64,000 bases of DNA from Octopus bimaculoides (taxonomy: Eukaryota): the NCBI RefSeq assembly GCF_001194135.2, contig NC_068991.1, positions 50,208,794 to 50,272,793 on the forward strand, given 5' to 3'. The position numbers and the translations under genes were made by a program. Each line of letters starts with the position of its first letter. The stretch's first letter is position 1. The notes beneath the pieces were generated by a model that had not been told where the DNA came from, did no database searches, and saw nothing but the letters and a program-made list of their open reading frames with translations. Below, piece after piece: positions 49,176-63,760 of this stretch.

Positions 49176-50119
49176 TTTTTGTACGCTGGAATAACTGTAG
49201 AATGGGTCTACATGTAGAGTTGAAATTCTCACGAGATAAACATCATCTTTTCCCCACCAACCGTATCAGTAATATACTAGGGTACACTCAGTAGACTTTA
49301 TTCTATAAATTTATGAGAAAATGAGGGGCACTAATATTAGGGTAAACCATTAAAGATGCTACCTTAGTGAGAGCTGCATTTTCTTGTCTTTTGTGAATCT
49401 GATATTTACTATATCAACCCTGCTCAGGTAAAATTAATAAAAATACTACATTTCTGTTGTAAAATAAACTGCAAATAGAAAAAATATGTTGGTTAAGAAA
49501 GTCAAAAGATACAGTAATGCCAGCAAGATTTGACCTCATAAATAAAATAACCAAATAGTAGAAGGAATTTTGGTTGGAACTCGAGCCTTTTAAATCGCCA
49601 AAACTATAGAGATAGAGAGATTAATCCCAGTATTTATTTGTTGCCTATTTTATCAGCTCTAACATGTTAAAAAGACTCCTTCATTGCTGAACTACAACTA
49701 TTTGTTTTATCAAACCTGAGAAGTTGAAAGGAAAAGTTGGCTGCATTGAGATTTGTCTGTAGAATGTAAATAAATATTAATAAATACCACAAAACATTCA
49801 GTTCGTGCCTTTATCATCTCTGTCCGTTTATCTGAAATTGAATAACTAGACATAATGGTTAGTGCAACCCTGGTGTGGACACAATATGATGAACTCAGAA
49901 CGCTGTACAGCGTTAAATATTCCCTCCTGTTGACTACGCCATCTTTATTATCGGTTTATTTCGATGGGATATAATGAGATTATATCTTAAACCTTTAACA
50001 GTGTAAGTGGAAAAGCATCTCAGGAAAATCGCAAATCGAAAAGTGCCAGAATTCGTGCAACTTTGTTCTTCCTTTCTCAGATGTGGGGTACTGAACTGAA
50101 TCTACGTTGACTCAATTCT

Positions 50120-50123
50120 TTGT

Positions 50124-50187
<64 letters not shown>

Positions 50188-50370
50188 GTATGTCCGTGTG
50201 TCCGTGTGTGTATGTATGTATGTATGTATGTATGTATGTATGTATGTGCTTGTTCTTATATTTTGTCCGTATTTTCAGTATATTATCAGTAATTAATAAT
50301 TTCATAAAGTATAAATGTCTATACAGAGAGAGGAGGGGAGATGGAGAGAGGGAGAGAGAGAGACAGAGAC

Positions 50371-50401
<31 letters not shown>

Positions 50402-50420
50402 TAGACAAAGAGAGAGAAAT
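50120..50420. repeat. Compound (TG)(TA)(TATG)(GA)(GACA) microsatellite
   Basis: Directly visible. Confidence 0.95.
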
Positions 50421-53400
50421 GAAAGAAATATATTCAGAAGCGAATCACAAAACACTTGCTTCTATTATCAACTTCCTACGTCATCTCTACCATTGTTGAT
50501 TATTTTCTTTTATAAACATCTGTAGAAGAATCTATTGTTTTACCTAAGAGTCCAACAGCTGGAGTGAGATACGAACTTATGTCAAGCGAGATAAGAGATC
50601 GTCAACTTGTGTTTCTTACTATTCTATTTCTCAGTAATTATTAATGAGGTCTGGACGAGTAGATCTAAATTCTTCAGCCAAGCATGTAATTGAAGATTAC
50701 GTGGAGATATTCTAAACGTAAGCCAGGAAATAATTAACATCGATGAACTGTTACTTTGGTGACAATCAATCTAACATTACAAGCAGATTATATCCTGGGT
50801 AGATGTTTTCATAATATTTATTTAACTGGATACAGAGGTAGAACAGCAGAAACACTAAAGCACCGCACTAAATGCTTTGCATTAAAAGCCTTATAGTATT
50901 TAAATTAATTCATGTAAATTCTGACTTGAAATAAGCATTATTTCGACTCAGAATATACATTTAAAGATTTTCATTTTTCCAGGTTCTATAAAATGGATGA
51001 ATTTTGAATTGGCTTCACCACTGTGTTTATCACTAAATAGGTTCAGTCGCCTCTATCTTTCTTTAGCGCAAGAAAATAATTTGGTCTTCTACTTCGCAAA
51101 AGAAATAGAATAATATTTAGTTTTACTTCCTAATATTCAGAATTCAAATTTATCTTTTGGAGGGACCCAGAATACTGCACTATGGTAATTATCCAATTAT
51201 ACACCCTTCCCCCTGTAACTAAACTCATAAAATCGAAGTCGTTTTAGGCAATGATTGCAATGAAATCGCATAATCGTTACCAATGGTAGACTAAAGTCGT
51301 TTTGAGTCGTTTGTTTTGTTGTGCTATAAATTCAAATTTTAGCTTTGATTTTCAAGCTATTGATTCGATAAAATAAGTTCCATTTGTCAACCATTTGGAG
51401 TGTTTCCGATGAATTATTCATCCCGTCAACAATATACGAAATTAATGTAAGAAATTAATGTTTAAATAATGCAGTGCTATACATCGAACCAAGTTGAAGC
51501 CGGTTCATTTAATCAACGCCTTCATTCGCCTCTATAATAAATTTACAGCCCAGACATTCGGGACAAAAATAAAAAATTAATATACATTACAGGTGGGTGA
51601 TATCATGTATTATAAGGAATTAGTAACCATTAGACGGGCTAAATCTGCGACTATATCGATTCCTGTTCGAAACAACTCCCGTGACAGTAGTGATGCTCCG
51701 ATGGCTTATTTGTCTTCTGTAGTGATATTGTAGACAGTAGTGTTTGTCTGAGGATTTATTCATCCCACTTATTTGTCTAATGTTTTATGCTTGTTCCATT
51801 GATTTATCATGTAATTTATATCTTCCGTTCTTGGATACTGAAGACCTAGAAGAGTTATGTTCCCTTGACTACAGAACTGTTATCTGCATAACTGCAAGTT
51901 TCAACTGATTTAATTATTAGGTGTATAAAACAATACCAACAAATATCGAAGTGGCAGTCATTTAAGGATGAATTCCAAATATACAATAATATATCTAAGG
52001 ATTTCTCAAGTGTGTTTATCATTGGATTCTAAAATAAAGTATGTACAGTTATAGAAAACTATTGACCAAACGATGTATATGTTACATACTTCTTAAATAG
52101 AAACTAGGAAAATATCTGTTTTCATTTGATGCAAATATTGCCGCAGTTACAGGCTGATTAAGTTTAGATTCTTACTTGCAATGCTTATTATATTTGATTT
52201 TATCATCAAATGTCTATACATAGAACGTCTACAAACGTAGCCTTAGACATAGGATGATTTTAAATATAGAGGACATACATCCAAAGCCGATCTGATATTT
52301 CACTAATAAGGAGGTAGTGTTAAAAATAGACTCACCGGAGCAGTAGCCAATAGTTAACAGTTCTCAGATGTTCATTTAATAACTCGTCTACAGAAACAGA
52401 TATTTATCTACAATGACACCCTCCAGGAAATAAAATAAAATGTACATTTTTCTTAATATAACATTGGTGGAACAGTTCAAATATACAATTATTTTCAATT
52501 TAATTGAATAAAGAGTCGCCTGATTTCCAACTAAATGATATATCCTTTAGTAACTCACTTTATTTAATGAAATTCATTCACTTCCAGCACAGTTTCACTG
52601 AGTGATGAACATAAGACAGCAAGCCAGGATGACGGTGTTAGCTACGTAACATTCGTTAAATACATAGTATCCCGCATTCTTACAGTGGTGTGAACTATCT
52701 ACCAGTAATATCTACAAGGTGAACTAACTCAGCAAGACTTGTCTTGACAGATGTTAACAGGGTACAAATGTTGAGAGTTGTCATGTTCATTGTTGACATG
52801 AGATTCCATTCTTAGATATACTCAATTAAAATTTAAAAGAACAATCCATATATCTACATGGGTGAGAGAAGCCCTATTCTGTTCAAGTACCACCGAGTTG
52901 TTCTCTTCATTAATGAAGTTTCCTACAATAAAGCATCTAATTTACAACTAAGTGAACACGACCATTTGCAAGTTAAATGTCTTGGTTATGCACAACACTT
53001 ACAAAACTATATAAAATATACTGATTACGTTTTGTCATTCTTTAATATTACGTTATCTTGTCACGGTTAAAGCAATAATTGAGAATCTAAGCTCGAGTCG
53101 ATCCAGTGGATCAGTTTTAACACCTTGGGATGGACACCATAGAATGTGAATGCTTTTTGTCTGGATTGACAATAACATTTCTTCTTCGCTGTTTCTTTAA
53201 GTATGGTTTGAATAATACCAATGAATCCTTGTGTCAATGTATGTGTGTGTGTGCGTTTGTGTAAATTAGAGTTTGTACAGGGATAGAGAAACTATGTATG
53301 TATGTATGTATGTATGTATGTATGTATGTATGAGTAGGTGTGGGGGAGAGAGAAAAAGAGAGTTTCTTGGGTTAAAGGATTTTCACAGCTTGTATACAGA

Positions 53401-55584
53401 TTAGAAAAAACTAATTGAAATTCTGTTCATTATCTTTCAGCTCAGTATAGCAAATTTAATAACCGAGATATATCTTGTATAGTTTTCTTTGGCTCCATTG
53501 GCATTTTTCTTTGTTTTATTTTCCGCTTCGTCTCTTTTCATAGATCTATTTCTTTCGAAATTTGCCTTAAAAGAATCTGTTTTAGATTCACATTTGAAAA
53601 ACATTGTCAAACATTTTGTTTGCTTAGGGAAATTTGACGAATTCAATAATTCTTTGTAAAATAGATACACGCATCTGCAACCACACCGTCCTATCATCAA
53701 TCCAGATTCATTATAGAGAACATAGAGAGTTCTATCAACTTACAAAAGTGTCATTATCACAACTAATTATTTCAACCCAGCCAAGGTGTAACTGTCTTCA
53801 TCATAAGCACAGGAATCTCCTGAAGGATTTATTCATCCTTTTGTTGTCATAATAGCGCGTGATTCTACACATGCGCGCGCACACACACATACACACACAC
53901 ACATTCATTTGTCTGTAAAACTCACAATAAACCGCACTGGATTGTAATCCTTTACTCTCACACTATTTAATTGTAGAAATGATTTCGGGCACAACATTGC
54001 ATGTCTACTTTCAAGTTAATATAATTGAAAATCTCTGCATAAATCAGAACAGTAGCCCCACACAAAATCCTGCTTAATCGTATTGTGCTGATTACTGTTC
54101 TGATATCTAATTCAACATCACAAAAATATCTCGGAGTCACGGAGGCATGGAAGAGCCTAAATCATACAGTGTTAGACTCCCCCTTATCGTGTACATCTGT
54201 GTCTATTTTATTTCTCCTACACATACTAATGACTACACAGACGAATTATTTAATTGTATTTCGTTATCTGATTCCATTTCTAAAATGATCGCAATCATCC
54301 TATTTTAACGCGCGCACATTTCCAACGCTGATAATTTTGTTGCATCATTGCTATGATATATTTTTGCACTCAGCAACTAAAATTATTTATATTACTGAAA
54401 TGGTAGAACACTCTATATGATTCCCTTCGGTGTTGTTTCAAATCCCTTTGGTTCGGTGTGTGTGTTTGTGTTCGCGCGTATGTATGTATGTATGTATGTA
54501 TGTATGTATGTATGTGCGTCCCTGTGGGTATGTATAAGTTTTATCTTAAAAACTAACCACTTATCATAACGTAGTCAGTTTCGTAAACAATACTCTCAAT
54601 TTAACTCCCTCATTCACATCCCTTATAGAAAAGAACAAAGAAAATTATAAATTATATTCATAAAGTTTAGAATAACCTGTCATCTATTCTGACAATTTTA
54701 CCCAGAAATATTACAAATCATATTTTCTGAATAATTTCTAAAAAGAAGTGTTTACCTGTGCTGCTGTATTTTACAAAGCTCTAAACCGAAGCAACTTCGA
54801 TCGAATACAATCCTCCGCATAGATTGGTTGATGTAATAATGCCAAACATTTAGTCAGGAAATGCTTCCCTTCTTGCCATAAGTTCTACAAAATGCTTCAC
54901 AGATGTAACCTAAAAGTAAATTACAGCTGTAAGGATAATTTTGTTACTTTGAAAGAGAAAACTTACGAAAAAATTTTATAAATTCAAATTTCTTTTCCGT
55001 GGTTTTTATAATTAAAAAGGTTACAAAGAACATCCTTACCCTAGTTCATTAACAATAATATCCGTCATATAAGGCAAAACATGAACGGATTACATTATAA
55101 AATCTACAGAGACTAACTAATAAACGTAAATGACTATTAAGATTTATAATGGACATCGGACAATATTAGGATTTCGACGAACATAACTACCGAGTTAAAA
55201 TGTGTCAATAAATTTACTTAAATGCTGAAGAGCAACCACTAGAGAATTTATCTCTATCATAGTAGAAAAGGAAGTTGCCATTGTGTCTACGTTAATAGAC
55301 AGACAAAACGCTATCTATAAGATTTCCAATCTCATAGCAAAACAATCCTTTTTGTTTACATTTGACAACTAGCCGATAATTACGATTCAACTTCACTAAT
55401 ACTCGAATCACTGCATACATACGCATGTGTGTGTGTATCTGTTTATATATACATATACAGGAATATATACACTGACATATGCATATACACACACATTTAC
55501 AGATGTAAACATGTATACGCATATACTAGTATACATATATATATGTGTGTGTATGTGTGTGTGTGTGTGCGCGCGCGCGTGCGC

Positions 55585-55781
55585 GCAGGAGTGGCTGCGT
55601 GGTAAGTACCTTGCTTACCAACTACATGGTTCCGGGTTCAGTCCCACTGCGTGGCACCTTGGGCAAGTGTCTTCTACTATAGCCTCGGGCCGACCAAAGC
55701 CTTGTGAGTGGATTTGTTAGACGGAAACTGAAAGAAGCCCGTCGTATATATGTATGTATATATATATATATATATATATAT
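55585..55781 (+). mobile_element. SINE family C, 5' half (truncated by gap 55782-56656)
   Basis: GCAGGAGTGGCTGCGTGGTAAG..CCGGGTTCAGTCCCACTGCGTGGCACCTTGGGCAAGTGTCTTCTACTATAGCCTCGGGCCGACC. Confidence 0.92.
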
Positions 55782-57279
55782 NNNNNNNNNNNNNNNNNNN
55801 NNNNNNNNNNNNNNNNNNNNNNNNNNNNNNNNNNNNNNNNNNNNNNNNNNNNNNNNNNNNNNNNNNNNNNNNNNNNNNNNNNNNNNNNNNNNNNNNNNNN
55901 NNNNNNNNNNNNNNNNNNNNNNNNNNNNNNNNNNNNNNNNNNNNNNNNNNNNNNNNNNNNNNNNNNNNNNNNNNNNNNNNNNNNNNNNNNNNNNNNNNNN
56001 NNNNNNNNNNNNNNNNNNNNNNNNNNNNNNNNNNNNNNNNNNNNNNNNNNNNNNNNNNNNNNNNNNNNNNNNNNNNNNNNNNNNNNNNNNNNNNNNNNNN
56101 NNNNNNNNNNNNNNNNNNNNNNNNNNNNNNNNNNNNNNNNNNNNNNNNNNNNNNNNNNNNNNNNNNNNNNNNNNNNNNNNNNNNNNNNNNNNNNNNNNNN
56201 NNNNNNNNNNNNNNNNNNNNNNNNNNNNNNNNNNNNNNNNNNNNNNNNNNNNNNNNNNNNNNNNNNNNNNNNNNNNNNNNNNNNNNNNNNNNNNNNNNNN
56301 NNNNNNNNNNNNNNNNNNNNNNNNNNNNNNNNNNNNNNNNNNNNNNNNNNNNNNNNNNNNNNNNNNNNNNNNNNNNNNNNNNNNNNNNNNNNNNNNNNNN
56401 NNNNNNNNNNNNNNNNNNNNNNNNNNNNNNNNNNNNNNNNNNNNNNNNNNNNNNNNNNNNNNNNNNNNNNNNNNNNNNNNNNNNNNNNNNNNNNNNNNNN
56501 NNNNNNNNNNNNNNNNNNNNNNNNNNNNNNNNNNNNNNNNNNNNNNNNNNNNNNNNNNNNNNNNNNNNNNNNNNNNNNNNNNNNNNNNNNNNNNNNNNNN
56601 NNNNNNNNNNNNNNNNNNNNNNNNNNNNNNNNNNNNNNNNNNNNNNNNNNNNNNNNTATATATATACTTGCACAAATACATAAACTTCATTATACGAACT
56701 CATAACGCAAACATATGTACAAACGTATGTGTATATGTCTATTATAAATAATCTTGTTAGAAATATTTCGCTGCGAATAACTAAATTATCAGCAAATGAA
56801 GAAATATTTAATAATAGTGTAACGAAGCACTGGTGTAAAAGTGGATTTAATGCAAACAGAATATTCCTCGCCATGAACAAGGAAGCCATACCGTGAAGAT
56901 AAACACTTCCCTATGACTAAATAATAATACAATGAAATTTTACTCTCCTCCTAATCAATAATCAATTCAAAATACAACAGAGGTGCATTAAAAACTGGTA
57001 TACACGATACTAAACCTGCAATGCTAGCGATTATGGAATTACAATAAGGGGACATTGATAAAATAAAACGATAACATTCCTTACTACTGGTCAAGGATAA
57101 ATGATTGATATGGCAATAAATAGACCTTGGAGACAAAAAGAGAATGAAGAAAACTACTATTACGGCAAAAAATAGGAATTCTATGGTCGGTGTTGTTCAA
57201 CTAGTTAACAGCGATAGTGCTACGACGGTATTCAATAATAGAAGAACCTAAATTCTACGCTTAGAATAATGTAAGATCA

Positions 57280-58066
57280 AACAGGAACCTTCCACCCTAA
57301 GAATGACAACGATAGGCTGCACTTGTTCAGAAGAAAGGCTGAAAGAGATTTAATCAGTTTCCGGGACTGTATCGAAGCAGAGGGAAACAACCTAGGATGG
57401 TATATAAAAAATGCAGGAGAGCCACTGTTGAAATACACAAAGAAAGCCGGCGTCATCAACTCTGAAAATTGTGTAACTAAAGAAAAATTTAAACAAGAAA
57501 TGAACAAAAAAAAAGAAAAAAGAAAAAGCATGGAAGAAAAAATGTACGGTCAGTTTGCAAGAGATGTGAACGCCAAGACAGACACAGAGAACCGGTAGCT
57601 ATGGATCAGGAGGAGTGACCTGAAGATAGAAACAGATGCACTCATATGCGCAGCTCAGGAACAAGAGTTAGGGACCAACTATATGAAATGCAGAATAACA
57701 ACACTACTGACAGTGACAAACGCAAAATAAATGATGAGAGGGATGAAACGGTATGGCACATCGTTAGCGAATGCCCGAAATTGGCACAACGCGAATACAA
57801 AAGACGCCATGACAATATGGCAGGAATGATCCATTGGGAGCTCTGTCAAAATCATAGCCTACAAAGTGCAAAGGCGTGTTATGAGCAAACACCAGGAGTC
57901 ACCGAAATGAGAATTGCAAAATCCTCTGGGATGCAATGATCCAGTGCAATCACCCGACCAGACATCGGAAACCAGACATTGTTGTGGTGAATAAAGAACA
58001 AAGAAAATGTATGATAATCGACATAGCATGCTCCGGTAACAACAGGATCAATGTGAAAGAAGAATA
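57280..58066 (+). mobile_element. R4/Dong-like LINE fragment (post-RT region to RLE), frameshifted
   Basis: GTFHPKNDNDRLHLFRRKAERDLIS..NNLGWYIK..EPLL..KMYGQFAR..W..SDLKIETDALICAAQEQ..ETVWHIVSECPKLAQREYKRRHD..IHWELC..KPDIVV. Confidence 0.92.
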
Positions 58067-60699
58067 ACCGATAGTTATGAAGCACAGAAACTTTAAAAAT
58101 TGCAAAAAAAGACATTGTCACCCGAGAATTATCGAATGTAGAATCATAGAAAATTTTAACAAACTAGTGAAGTAAACGTACTGAATAAAAGTTATTGAAC
58201 ATAATAAACAAAACACACGTTATCAACGCATAAAACAGAAACTAATATATTAATAATTAATCTAAGAACTACAAGCATATAAATTAATTAAAGAATATAA
58301 ACCAATAGACATTAGCACCCCACAATTTGTAACACATATTTCAATTACAGAAATATAACTAAAACGAACCAAACGTAAACTAGCGGAATAACATATCACT
58401 TCAATCTTCTTTAAGCAACGTAACATGGGAATAAACCAGTGCAGACCAATATCTATTAAATATAAACTTTAATCATAGAAAATATATTTCAACGGAAATT
58501 TTCCCAAAAAGGACATATAAAATATATATAAAATTGTCTAAAACATCCACATCGCATCGACAATAGCGACTAAAATACATAAAACGCGAAAATATAAATC
58601 GAACTAAATGTAAGGGAACAGAATGGCATATCATTTTCACTATCAGGTATTAATCACCAACGACGTGAGAATAGATCAATGTTGACCTATAACTATTAAA
58701 TATAAACTTTAATTTAGAAAATTTATTTAAACCAATATTTTAAAGTAAAAATTTTTATATAATCTAAACTTAACTAAAAGTAACAAATCGCAGTGAAGAT
58801 ATTCATTATAAGAAAGCAAAACAGCACCACGTGCAGCAAGGAAAATAACGACAATACACTTTACCTGTTTATTCAATTGCAGCTTGCCACCAAATGACCG
58901 TTAATAATCTATGAATACAGCAAGTTATGACGTTTCGTAAACAAATGTGTCTATGTAAAAAATTGCGATCGAAGATAGAAAAATATGTAATGGGTGTATA
59001 TGCATATTTCAAAGATCATTACATTTTCATCAGCATCTCTTCTTATCCGTCAAATAACTTCGGCTGTGAATTCTAAAGAAAATCTATGGTCATAAACTTA
59101 AAAGTGAAAATATTGCATTGCTAACACACTGTAAGACACTGTGTTGACTTGTAAAGCTGTAATATACCTGGCAGTATATTATGGCTGCAAAACGAAATAT
59201 TGTGTCCTTGCTAGCGACTAAATATACGTGCAAGTTGTCGGGAATGTGTTTAATATGTAAATACGTCTATCCAATAGTGTTACACCACTAAACTTAGTAC
59301 GTATTAAACAATGTGTTCGTGGCTAGGTTAGATGAAGTGGTGATGAAAGGGCAATAACTGTTGAAATATGAAAATACGGCTATTACCTATTTTTTCCACC
59401 TTCGATCGCATTGTTTACATAGACGTATTTGTTTACGAAACGTAGTAATGTGTAGTGCTGGTTTTGAATTCAATAGGAAAATCTAGAGATAAACTTAAGA
59501 CTGAAAATATTACACTATTAACAAACAGCAAGACACAATACTGACTCGTAAACCTTTAATATACTTCATAGTATTTTGAGGTTGCAAAAAGAAATGCTGT
59601 GTCTTTGCTAGCAATTAAATATACGTAGCAGTTTCCAGGAATGGTTTCATAAAGTATCCTGCGCAGTATATGCATTATATATTAGTTAATTTTTTTAATT
59701 TAAAATGTATAACTATATTTCCAATTATAATTCGTATTTTCATTTAAAGGGCCAGCTTTTGTAATGCATCCTTAATGAGACTGCCAGCGTGATAGTCACC
59801 AGGCTCAATTAGAGTTAGATGTTCAAAGGGGATTGCAGATGAATTAAAAGTAACACATTTTTAAGAGTACAGCATTGCGATGTAAAAGGTTAACGAAAAT
59901 ACTCAACTAGAATTATCTGAAGAATGCTTGAAGCTTATGAAAATAAGATACTGGAATTTCTCAAAGACTAGAAAGCAAGTACATTTTGAAGTGACACAAA
60001 TTTATAATTTATGATTTTTCTTTCATTGCGATAATTATTTTAAAACATGAAGCGAATGATTCTCTCTCCATTAAAAATGTCTTGCTACTTTTCCTTGTAT
60101 TTGCCTGATTGACGTACAATATTGTAAGTATGTGGTGACAAAGTGGCTATTAAGAGTAGCTAAAACATTTTATATATTTGGCTTGTAATATATTAGCGTC
60201 TTATTTTTTGCCAAATTTTCTCCAAAATAAAAGTCGGAATTAGACGTGCATACGCATAATACTCTATGAAATTCGGTTTAATTGCCAATTTACATTATGT
60301 GTGTGTATATGTGTTTAATGAAGGAAAGTGGATTGAATAATTCTGGGCGAACATTTTAGTAAGCACTCCTTGTAAACAAACCTCGGCTAACAGGATACCC
60401 AAGATTATAATAACACGTATAGGTTGTTAATTCCGTGTGACAGGTATAAACTGTAAATCCGAAGTTTGTCACCAATTAGTATTTGTGGTGTATTAATGAT
60501 GGAGTATATTAATAAAGAAATAAAGAAGGAATATTTATAGTCATATGCTGAATCCGTTATACATGTTGGTTTGTATGCTTAATCGATCCTTTAATTGATT
60601 GGTTAATCAAATTATTCACGGGGAAGTTGTTTCTCGAGTAATTTTTTTCAAAGCCCTAAAAGTATCTGATTTCTTTTAAGCATTCGCTCGTTACAAGAT

Positions 60700-61050
60700 C
60701 TTTAGACCACTGAAAACGTAAGAACTACCAGAATAAAATGGACACTAGACAGCAGTCAATAGGTGGCGATGTACATTAGTCTTAAAAGACTGGAGGTCAT
60801 ATTGAAGGTGAAAACAAGATTGTGGAAGGGAATTCCAAAGTTCAGAGGTGCGAGGGAAGAAACTGGTATTATAAAGTGCTTTACGACACTTAGGAGGTTG
60901 CACGGTATACTGATGAGAACTGGATGCAAGTCTAGTCGATTACTGATAAATTCTTGATGGAGGAACCAGAGAAGAGAGCTCAGCTGAACAATGTCCATGA
61001 AAATACTTATAGAAAAGAGACAAGGAAGCTATATTTGAGAAGATATGCAC
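60700..61050 (-). mobile_element. CR1-group LINE, ORF2 C-terminus
   Basis: Minus: ASLSLFYKYFHGHCSAELSSLVPP..*STRLASSSHQYTV..SFFPRTSELWNSLP..YDLQSFKTNVHRHL. Confidence 0.88.
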
Positions 61051-61819
61051 AATCAGAGTTAGTGGTAGAGGATAGCTGAAAGTACACATATCACATTTTT
61101 TTCTCATAATTTATTATCCTGTAGCGAGTTATTGGTCTCATGAGATAGTTCTCTATTAGATTCAGGCGAAGTGTATGGGAAGAAGATAGCAATAGTATTT
61201 GTTTAATGTCAAAATAAATTTGCATTTATGCGTGTAAGGTTATTTAAGTGCAAATCAATTCACAATAGAAAACAGAATGTATAATAAAAACCTTGCCTAT
61301 GAGGAATATTCAGGGAAATTCAAGTTTGCGATCATTCAATAAAATTACATTAAATATATATATTTAAAAAAATTAAGTTACGTTAAAGAGAATTTTATTA
61401 GAAGAAATATATTCGAGAGAAAGAACACATCACATTACTTTAGTTGTTAGAATAGTAGACCGCGGTTGAAAATTGATGTAAATTTCCAAATCGTTAGGAA
61501 CAGAATTCTTAAAAAGCTAATTAGTGGGTAAAACAAAAATGAAGGAAAGGAAGTAAATAAAAAAATGGAAAAAATGAAGAAAAGGAAGTAAATGAAGAAC
61601 GGGAAAATATGATCCAAATATTGAATCAATTAATCCTAATTCAGGTTAGTAGGGACAGGATTTCTAATATTGTTATATAGATGGGTTCATAGGCAGAAAT
61701 ATAATCAAAAGTAACATAACTAAGGTATTTAATTTATCTATTTGTACTAGAGTAAGCTATTTATTTCAGATTTCTTTTTTGAAAAAATATGAATTATGTT
61801 GTTGGGTTTTGTTGTTGTT

Positions 61820-62150
61820 GTTTTTATTAAAGCGGCTTTTGAGAAATTCAAGTCTTTCCTCCCTGCACAAATTGTACATGGGATTCTTTCCATTATACGG
61901 AGGAGCACTACCTATTGCATGCCATCCAACAGAATATTTGAAATTATTCTCCTTCAATCTACAAATAAATTTGTTTAATGACGCAACGTTTCTTTTATAT
62001 TTAAAGAAAAAAGTGTATTCATAGATCTGGAAGTGCCTATATAATAACATGCTTTTACAGGTGTCGTTACAGAACATTTATAAACTGTATTTTACCTTAG
62101 ACATTGGTTACGGTTCCAACAGTTATATAATTCATTCAGCCTATGGTTAT
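61820..62150 (-). mobile_element. Penelope-like element, GIY-YIG endonuclease relic
   Basis: Minus: NC..QCLR*NTVYKCSV..YYIGT then KRNVASLNKFICRLKENNFKYSVGW..SAPPYN..NLCREERL. May extend to ~62450. Confidence 0.8.
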
Positions 62151-62794
62151 ATGGATTTGTACTTATAAGTGCTGATGTTATTGGTAGTATGAGACATTGG
62201 GTGATTAACACCCCTGTATTTTCTTACATCTGACCAGATACATTTGTTTCATTAAAGTGAACTCAGACATTATATATATTCATAGTAAAGACTAGTTCCT
62301 TCCGTTGCTTCGAAGGTTTTCAATTTTCCCGTGTTTAGAGTTGCTACAATAGCAATTATGTTCGGTGTTATCGAAAATGAAAATTTTGCAGTAAGCCAAA
62401 TGAAAATCCTGCTATACTTGTTTGAAAGCCTTAAAGAATTTCCATGTGTAATTTGTGGCTACATGAGCCACACACGAACCATTATACAAGGTAATCCGTC
62501 TTTATATGCCTTAATATTCTTGGGCTGTTCTCATAATTAACATTAGTGTAGCTATTAGTTAGTATGTTGTCGTTTATAATGTTGCAGGGATAGATGCGTC
62601 CCTTCCCCTCTTTCCACAGTTATTCTTATTACCAGAGCTCTCATGGTATCCCTTTCGCAGACATACCGGACCAATACAGGACATACACAACTATATGTGC
62701 TATGCATTTCTTTTGTTTGTTATACTCATTATTATCTGATTTACTTCTCCTACTAATTCCCAAAAGCTTTTGCGTTTGCTTTTAGTATTTTTTT

Positions 62795-62936
62795 CCTTTG
62801 TTTGTTTCAGTTATTAAACAATGGTCATGCATGGACATCGCCTTGAAGAATTTTTTTACTGGAATGAGTAGGCCCTGGTACTTATTCTATCTGTCACTTT
62901 TTCTGAACAACACCGGTTGTCAAGCGGTGGTCACAC

Positions 62937-62990
<54 letters not shown>

Positions 62991-63120
62991 ATCCACAAGA
63001 CGGACTCCTTTCAGTTTCAAAATCCACTCACAAGACTTTTAGACGGACCGAGGATATAATAGAAGACACTTGCTTAAGGTGTCACGCACTGAAACCGGAA
63101 CCATGTGGTTGTGAAACAAA
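62795..63120 (-). mobile_element. SINE family C, decayed, with internal (CA)n
   Basis: CCTTTCAGTTTC..AATCCACTCACAAG..AGAAGACACTTGC..GGAACCATGTGGTTG. Confidence 0.82.
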
Positions 63121-63347
63121 CATGTGTGTGTGTGTGTGTGTGCGTGTGTGTAAATCATTTGCTGTTAGTAGCGCTAGGAAAGGATGAGACAGGCTTTCTT
63201 TTATTACTGACATTAAAAACTTCAAAATTTTTATCATTTCACAGGATGTGCATGCGTACACTGCTGCTGCTGCTGTTGTTGTTGTTGTTCTCGTTACTGT
63301 TGTTTGCCTTACCTCGTCATGGTTCGAGCTGATATTAGTGCATTCTG

Positions 63348-63760
63348 TAAGGCGGCGAGCTGGCAGAATCGTCAGGGCGAAATGCTTAGCGATATTTTGT
63401 CTGTCGCTACGTTCTGAGTTCAAATTCCGCCGAGGTCGATTTTACCTTTCATCCTTCCGGGGTCGATTAAATAAGTACCTGTTACGCACTGGGGTCGATG
63501 TAATCGACTTAATCCCTTTGTCCCCTCTATGTTTAGCCCTTTGTGGGCAATAAAGAAATAAGAATCGTTAGTACGCTGGACGAAATGTTTAACGGTTTTC
63601 GCCTGTCGCTACGTTCTGAGTTCAAATTCCGCCATGGTTGACTTTACCCTTCATCCTTTCGGGGTCGATGAATTAAGTAGTAGTGGAACAGGGGTCGATG
63701 TTATCGACTTGTCCCCTAGCCCAACAAATTTCAGGTCTTGTGCCTTTAGTAAAAAGGATA
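63348..63760 (+). mobile_element. Head-to-tail SINE family A dimer (63348-63560, 63561-63760) with different tails
   Basis: The first ends GGGCAATAAAGAAATA; the second starts directly at AGAATCGTTAG, lacks the first ~16 nt and ends CAGGTCTTGTGCCTTTAGTAAAAAGG. Confidence 0.9.

Noticed and set aside
51700-51990. Possible ancient RT relic on minus (..CSYADN..)
   Set aside because: Only a YADN-like tetrapeptide with poor flanking motifs; similar faint hints at 2.1-2.4 and 3.0-3.3 kb were also too weak.
50983-52861. Phase-compatible candidate exons 50983-51040 and 52816-52861
   Set aside because: Each has one weak splice site and a short frame; the joined peptide (GSIKWMNFELASPLCLSLNRYTQLKFKRTIHISTW) resembles nothing I know.
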